Source of the DNA: Candidatus Daviesbacteria bacterium
Lineage (GTDB): Bacteria; Patescibacteriota; Microgenomatia; Daviesbacterales; UBA10151
DNA length: 64,000 bases
Direction of reading: 5' to 3'
NCBI GenBank assembly: GCA_016187025.1
Contig: JACPKM010000004.1
Span: forward strand, 99,637-163,636
The position numbers and the translations under genes were made by a program. The notes below the pieces were generated by a model. The model had not been told where the DNA came from, ran no database searches, and saw nothing but the letters and a program-made list of their open reading frames with translations. Below, in pieces: positions 59,546 to 64,000 of this stretch. Numbering within the stretch: the stretch's first letter is position 1; every line of letters starts with the position of its first letter.

Positions 59546-60466
59546 ATGCCGGAAGTAGTAAATCCTTATTACGTCAGATACAGCATCTCAGCAGCTAGTG
59601 TTCTCTACGGCGTGAACGGCGTGAGCAAATTTACCGTAGCTGATATTGCAAATTGGGCAGATTTTGAAGACGTTGAGGGGTTTGCTGAACGATTAGGATA
59701 TGAAAAATCTAGCTGTGTTCTTACGCAAAGGGGGCGTTGGGAAGTATGGAGCCGCTTTAACCATGCTGTGCCTAATTTTCCGGCAGGTTCAACCACAGTA
59801 CATTCGATGGTTGCTTTATATGATGGCAGATTTCCTGCGGAGCATGCTTTGGCCCGGACTAATATTGAGAATGGACCATCTTTCCGGCCGGAGCAATTTA
59901 TTGACGATCTAAAAAGGCTTACTAGATTTTATATTGAGAGGCCAGATTTTCCACGCCTCCCTATAAGTATTGCAGAAATACCTCTTTTACATCCTTTAAG
60001 CGCAGCTCTTTTAGGAGGTATAGTCTTTGCAGGCATTAGCTTACTTCCTCCGGAATTTGACAGGGCCCGTACTCTTTATGGATTAGGAGGCGGGTATCTT
60101 TTAGGCATACTAACTCCGTATGCAGCATTGGGGTGGAATAAACTCAGTGAGGTAGCCATGAAAGACGGAATTAACCATAAGGAATATAGTGCGGGCTATC
60201 AGGTCCCGAAACTGTTACAAAGAGAAGAAGAGCATACCCTCAATGTACTTGCTGAAAGAGATTTATTTCAAGCTTTGGAAGGCAGGGATATTATCCTCAA
60301 TCCGGATGAATTCCTAGAAAATGTATATAGACCCTTAGCTAACAGCGCATTACTTGCTCCAAGACTAGAAGAAATTAGAGAACAAAGAGGTAAAGACCCC
60401 ACGGAGACATTGGCAAATTCTCCTGCCAGAGAAAAATTAATAAAAGCCGCAGTTGCTTTGCTTTAA
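59546..60466 (+). CDS. Hypothetical protein with noticeably higher GC than its neighbours
   Basis: ORF that is Ala/Arg/Gly-rich, with no recognisable motif. Confidence 0.45.
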   Translation: MPEVVNPYYVRYSISAASVLYGVNGVSKFTVADIANWADFEDVEGFAERLGYEKSSCVLTQRGRWEVWSRFNHAVPNFPAGSTTVHSMVALYDGRFPAEHALARTNIENGPSFRPEQFIDDLKRLTRFYIERPDFPRLPISIAEIPLLHPLSAALLGGIVFAGISLLPPEFDRARTLYGLGGGYLLGILTPYAALGWNKLSEVAMKDGINHKEYSAGYQVPKLLQREEEHTLNVLAERDLFQALEGRDIILNPDEFLENVYRPLANSALLAPRLEEIREQRGKDPTETLANSPAREKLIKAAVALL

Positions 60467-60532
60467 ACAAACCACCAATTGGATACAAAGCCTTTATAGA
60501 GCACAATTAGTCATATAAGCGGTTAGTTGAGC

Positions 60533-60877
60533 TTAAAGATCAGATGGAGGAGTAAATTGTAGTTTAAGAGGCACATCAACTCTTGCTTTTTCTTCCAGTG
60601 TTTCTAATCTCTTTTCTGCTTTTCTTATATTAGTATCATTTGCCTGGTATGAATCAGCATAACCTTTGATTGTACTTTCAAGTCCTACAATAGCTGCTGT
60701 ATTGGTATCCAATCTATCATTTATTCTTTTTAGCCCTGTATCGGGATCTTCTAATCTTCCTTCAACACCTTCTAATCTTCCATTTATAGCCACAAGCCCC
60801 GTTTCTGGATTATTAAGTTGGTCTAGTATAGGTTTAATAGCTTCCCCAATAATACTTTTTAATTTGTTTTCATCCAT
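60533..60877 (-). CDS. Coiled-coil repeat hypothetical protein
   Basis: Internal repeats PETGLVAINGRLEGVEGRLE / PDTGLKRINDRLD. Confidence 0.4.
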   Translation of the reverse strand: MDENKLKSIIGEAIKPILDQLNNPETGLVAINGRLEGVEGRLEDPDTGLKRINDRLDTNTAAIVGLESTIKGYADSYQANDTNIRKAEKRLETLEEKARVDVPLKLQFTPPSDL

Positions 60878-61023
60878 AAGATCTATCTTATTATCCTAAC
60901 CTTTAAAATACAAGGTAGAATTTGTATATCAAAATACGGTAGCAAGAATGGTAATAATTGATGAACTTTAATTATGCACAAGACTTGACCTATAGAGCGT
61001 TTCTTCCTTTTTGTCACGAAATG

Positions 61024-61107
61024 TGCCGAGAGAGGGAGTCGAACCCTCACGGGCGTAAAGCCCAGTAGTTTTTGAGACTACCCTGTATACCATTCCAGCA
61101 CCTCGGC
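61024..61107 (-). tRNA. tRNA-Leu (anticodon CAA), class II with a long variable arm; CCA not encoded
   Basis: Manual fold of the reverse complement gives acceptor GCCGAGG/CCTCGGC, an anticodon stem GTAGT/ACTAC with loop CTCAAAA, and a long extra arm GGGCTTTACGCCC. Confidence 0.75.
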
Positions 61108-61196
61108 TCATTGATCCTGTAAATTATATCAGTTTTTTAGAAAGCGTGAGGATATACTAGACATAATCAACTTGTTTGGGTATAACTAGTAAACTT

Positions 61197-63770
61197 ATGA
61201 GGATAACAAAAACGGAGATTAGACTACCTATCCATATTTCTCCAGAAAGATACAAAATCACCTTAAAACCTGATTTGAAAGAGTTTAGCTTCTCAGGCGA
61301 GGAGACTATTTATCTTAAATTAGATAAAGAGAGTATTGAAGTTACTCTTCATGTGAAAGATTTAAAAATAAGTGATGCTTGGTACCTTCATAATGGTAAA
61401 GATCATCTAAAGGCAGTAGTTTCATATAACGCAAATAAAGAGACAGCAACATTTAAGTTCCCAGAAAACTTACCAAAAGGCAAGGGAGAGTTAAAGCTTA
61501 AATTTAGTGGTATCTTATCAGATAAGCTGAAAGGCTTTTATAGAAGCAGATACGAGGTAAATGGAGAGGAGAGATTTTTGGCTACCTCTCAGTTGGAAGA
61601 AACACACGCCCGCAGTGTTTTTCCATGCTTTGATGAGCCTTCACAAAAAGCAATTTTTGATGTAACCTTGCATATTCCATCGGATAAAACTGCTATCTCA
61701 AATACCATAGAAACAGTTGTTGCAGAGCATGAGAGTGGAATAAAGGTGGTGGAATTTGCCCCAACTCCTAAAATGTCTACTTATCTCCTAGCTTTTATAG
61801 TGGGAGAGTTTGAAAGTATTGAAGCCAAAACCAAAAATGGTAGTTTGGCTCGGGTTTTTACAACTCCCGGTAAAAAACACCAAGCAGAATTTGCCTTGGA
61901 AACCACTGTTAGGTGCTTAGAGTTTTATGAGGAATATTTTGATATTCCTTATCCATTGCCTGTAATAGATATGATAGCAATTCCTGATTTTGCATCAGGT
62001 GCTATGGAAAACTGGGGAGCAGTGACATACCGGGAATCTATGCTTTTGGTGGATCCAGAGCATTCTTCAACTGCCACAAAGCAATGGGTTGCCTTAGTAA
62101 TAGCTCATGAACTAGCTCATCAGTGGTTTGGAAATTTAGTGACAATGAAGTGGTGGACACATCTTTGGTTGAATGAAGGATTTGCAAGCTACATAGAGTT
62201 TCTGGCTGTGGCGCACCTTTTTCCAGAGTGGGATACCTGGACTCAATTTGTGTCTTTGGAGCACGGCAGTGCTTTAAAACTGGATTCTTTAAAAAGTACC
62301 CATCCAATAGAGGTTGAGGTGCATCATCCAAATGAAATAACAGAGATTTTTGATGCAGTTTCTTATTCAAAGGGTGCAAGTATTATCAGAATGGTTGCAG
62401 ATTATTTAGGTGAAACTACCTTCAGAAATGGCTTAAGGCATTATCTAAAAAAGCATGCATATGCCAATGCTGAAACAGAAGATTTATGGCTTGCCTTAGA
62501 AGAGGTTTCAAAAAAGCCGGTTAGAAAAATCATGAAGGATTGGGTAATAAAACCTGGATATCCAAAAATTACAGTATTGGAAAGAGAAGACAAGCTGACC
62601 CTTTCCCAATCCAGGTTTTTTGCAAGCCCGATATCAAGAAAGAGAAGCAAAGATAATACCCTTTGGCAGGTTCCAGTCCATATTAGAAGAGGAAGTGGGG
62701 CTCAAGAGCGTTTACTATTGAAAGGAAAAAGTATTGATATTAAAAAAAGCAAAGAAGGGGAGTGGATTAAGGTTAATGCTGGTGAAAGTAGTTTTATCAG
62801 AGTTGATTACCCAGCAAAATACATTCATTTGTTGAAAAAACCAATAGAGGATAAAAAATTAGATGTTTTAGATAGATTAGGACTGATAAGAGATGCTTTT
62901 GACCTTGCTGAAGCAGGACAGTTGCCAACACATGAGGTACTTAACTTGCTACAAAGCTACACAAATGAAGATGATCTCACGGTTTGGATGCCAATTTCCC
63001 AAGCTATAGGAAAAATTGAAATATTAATTTATAAGGAGCCATTTTATCCTGTGTATAGAGAGTTTGCCCAATATATCTTTTCAGATATTGCCAAAAAACT
63101 AGGTTGGGAGAAGAGGAAAAATGAAAAGCATACAGATACACTTTTAAGAAGCCTTGCTTTATCAAAATTTGGAAGGTTTGGTGATGAGGAAACTGTCAAA
63201 ACAGCACAGGGGTTATTTGTTAGCTATTTTAAAGGCCAAATATCACTTGATGCTGATTTAAGGGGAGTAGTGTATTCCTTAGTTGCAGAAACCGGAGGAG
63301 AAAAAGAATACTTGCAACTTAGGAAACTGCATAGCAAAACTAGTTTAGCAGAAGAGAAAAATAGAATTGCCAGAGCTCTTGGTTCTTTCAAAGATAGAAA
63401 GCTCCTTTTAGATACCTTAAAATTTTCCTTGTCAAAATCGGTAAGGGTGCAAGACGCTTTAATTGTTATAGGTAGTGTATGGAGAAACCCAGAAGGAAAA
63501 TATCTAGCATGGGAGTTTGTAAAAAATAATTGGGAAAAGCTTTTAGGCTTTTATGGGGGTAGTTATCTGCTCGGAAGACTTGTTGAAGATATAGAGGTTT
63601 TTAGCAGTGAGCAAAAAGTAAAAGAGATTGAGGAGTTTTTCCAAAAAAATAAAGCGCCGGGTGCTCAAAGAACCATTGCGCAAGGGTTAGAAACAGTCAA
63701 ATCAAATATCGACTGGCTAAAAAGGGATAAAGATGGGATTGAGAAGTTTTTAAGAGAATGGAGAGGGTAA
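61197..63770 (+). CDS. pepN: Aminopeptidase N (M1 family)
   Basis: GAMENWG and HELAHQWFGN...WLNEGFA zinc motifs and a C-terminal ERAP1-like domain. Confidence 0.9.
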   Translation: MRITKTEIRLPIHISPERYKITLKPDLKEFSFSGEETIYLKLDKESIEVTLHVKDLKISDAWYLHNGKDHLKAVVSYNANKETATFKFPENLPKGKGELKLKFSGILSDKLKGFYRSRYEVNGEERFLATSQLEETHARSVFPCFDEPSQKAIFDVTLHIPSDKTAISNTIETVVAEHESGIKVVEFAPTPKMSTYLLAFIVGEFESIEAKTKNGSLARVFTTPGKKHQAEFALETTVRCLEFYEEYFDIPYPLPVIDMIAIPDFASGAMENWGAVTYRESMLLVDPEHSSTATKQWVALVIAHELAHQWFGNLVTMKWWTHLWLNEGFASYIEFLAVAHLFPEWDTWTQFVSLEHGSALKLDSLKSTHPIEVEVHHPNEITEIFDAVSYSKGASIIRMVADYLGETTFRNGLRHYLKKHAYANAETEDLWLALEEVSKKPVRKIMKDWVIKPGYPKITVLEREDKLTLSQSRFFASPISRKRSKDNTLWQVPVHIRRGSGAQERLLLKGKSIDIKKSKEGEWIKVNAGESSFIRVDYPAKYIHLLKKPIEDKKLDVLDRLGLIRDAFDLAEAGQLPTHEVLNLLQSYTNEDDLTVWMPISQAIGKIEILIYKEPFYPVYREFAQYIFSDIAKKLGWEKRKNEKHTDTLLRSLALSKFGRFGDEETVKTAQGLFVSYFKGQISLDADLRGVVYSLVAETGGEKEYLQLRKLHSKTSLAEEKNRIARALGSFKDRKLLLDTLKFSLSKSVRVQDALIVIGSVWRNPEGKYLAWEFVKNNWEKLLGFYGGSYLLGRLVEDIEVFSSEQKVKEIEEFFQKNKAPGAQRTIAQGLETVKSNIDWLKRDKDGIEKFLREWRG

Positions 63771-63825
63771 AATAAAGCTTCTTTGTTGAACAAACAAAAG
63801 ATAGCTGCTAAAATAATCAACTTGT

Positions 63826-64000
63826 ATGGCAATGTTAAGCGTTACGGAGCTTAGAAACGGCACTTTTTATAAAGAGGGGAATAATACTCTCCTGGTTTTA
63901 ACATACGAACACGTTAAAACAGGTAGAGGTTCCGGAAATATCAAGCTCAAAGTTAGAAATATCAGGTCAGGGGCTGTTGTGGAAAAATCCTTTATTACCG
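63826..64000 (+). CDS. efp: Elongation factor P, N-terminal part; 3' end outside the window
   Basis: ELRNGTFYKEGNNTLLVLTYEHVKTGRGSGNIKLKVRN matches the EF-P KOW domain. Confidence 0.75.
   Translation, partial: MAMLSVTELRNGTFYKEGNNTLLVLTYEHVKTGRGSGNIKLKVRNIRSGAVVEKSFIT

Noticed and set aside
1-64000. A CRISPR array, rRNA operon, or classic IS/transposase
   Set aside because: No regularly spaced direct repeats, no rRNA-like conserved stretches, and no transposase- or integrase-like ORF were seen. The only repeat families are the two-copy elements listed in the findings.

Overview
AT-rich (about 35-40% GC by eye) bacterial chromosomal segment, densely packed with small genes. The UGA/UAA/UAG codons read as stops and there are several TTG/GTG starts. 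Most of it is housekeeping: a partial rseP, proS, a reduced trigger factor, a HIT protein, rpsU, yqeY, ybeY, dnaX, glyA, ybaB-recR, cysS, rarA, cmk, an M16 peptidase, gdh, PAP2, dgkA, a ROK kinase, msrB, corA, an RRM protein plus a DEAD-box helicase, tspO, ruvC-ruvA...ruvB, ychF, a GT39 glycosyltransferase, rpsF-ssb-rpsR, ctpA, htrA, prmC-prfA-rpmE, eamA, hisS, manC, dnaB, tRNA-Leu(CAA), pepN and the start of efp. The gene content, reduced proteins and abundance of small unknown membrane proteins fit a small-genome lineage, possibly Patescibacteria/CPR-like, but this is not provable from one window. The parts worth a closer look are: (1) a GC-rich perfect palindrome (CCTGCCTGCCGGCAGGCAGG) inserted in-frame in two essential genes, dnaX and prmC, in prmC flanked by CCTACAA direct repeats; (2) an ~80-nt structured direct repeat in two copies bracketing the ruvCAB region, which holds an inserted HigB(frameshifted)/HigA-like pair, an unknown gene and a three-gene GIY-YIG/NYN nuclease operon; (3) a 38-bp motif in two copies; (4) a translationally coupled minus-strand operon: minimal nucleotidyltransferase, metallophosphoesterase, DUF1704/MATCAP-like HExxxH carboxypeptidase; (5) a ~9-kb island (27.4-36.3 kb) of secreted and membrane proteins of unknown function, including divergent paralogs with degenerate LytM-like motifs and three proteins sharing an N-terminal R-x-x-Q-K-G-I-A-P-hydrophobic signal; (6) a coupled pair of unknown genes between rpsR and ctpA. 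No CRISPR array, rRNA or obvious transposase was seen.
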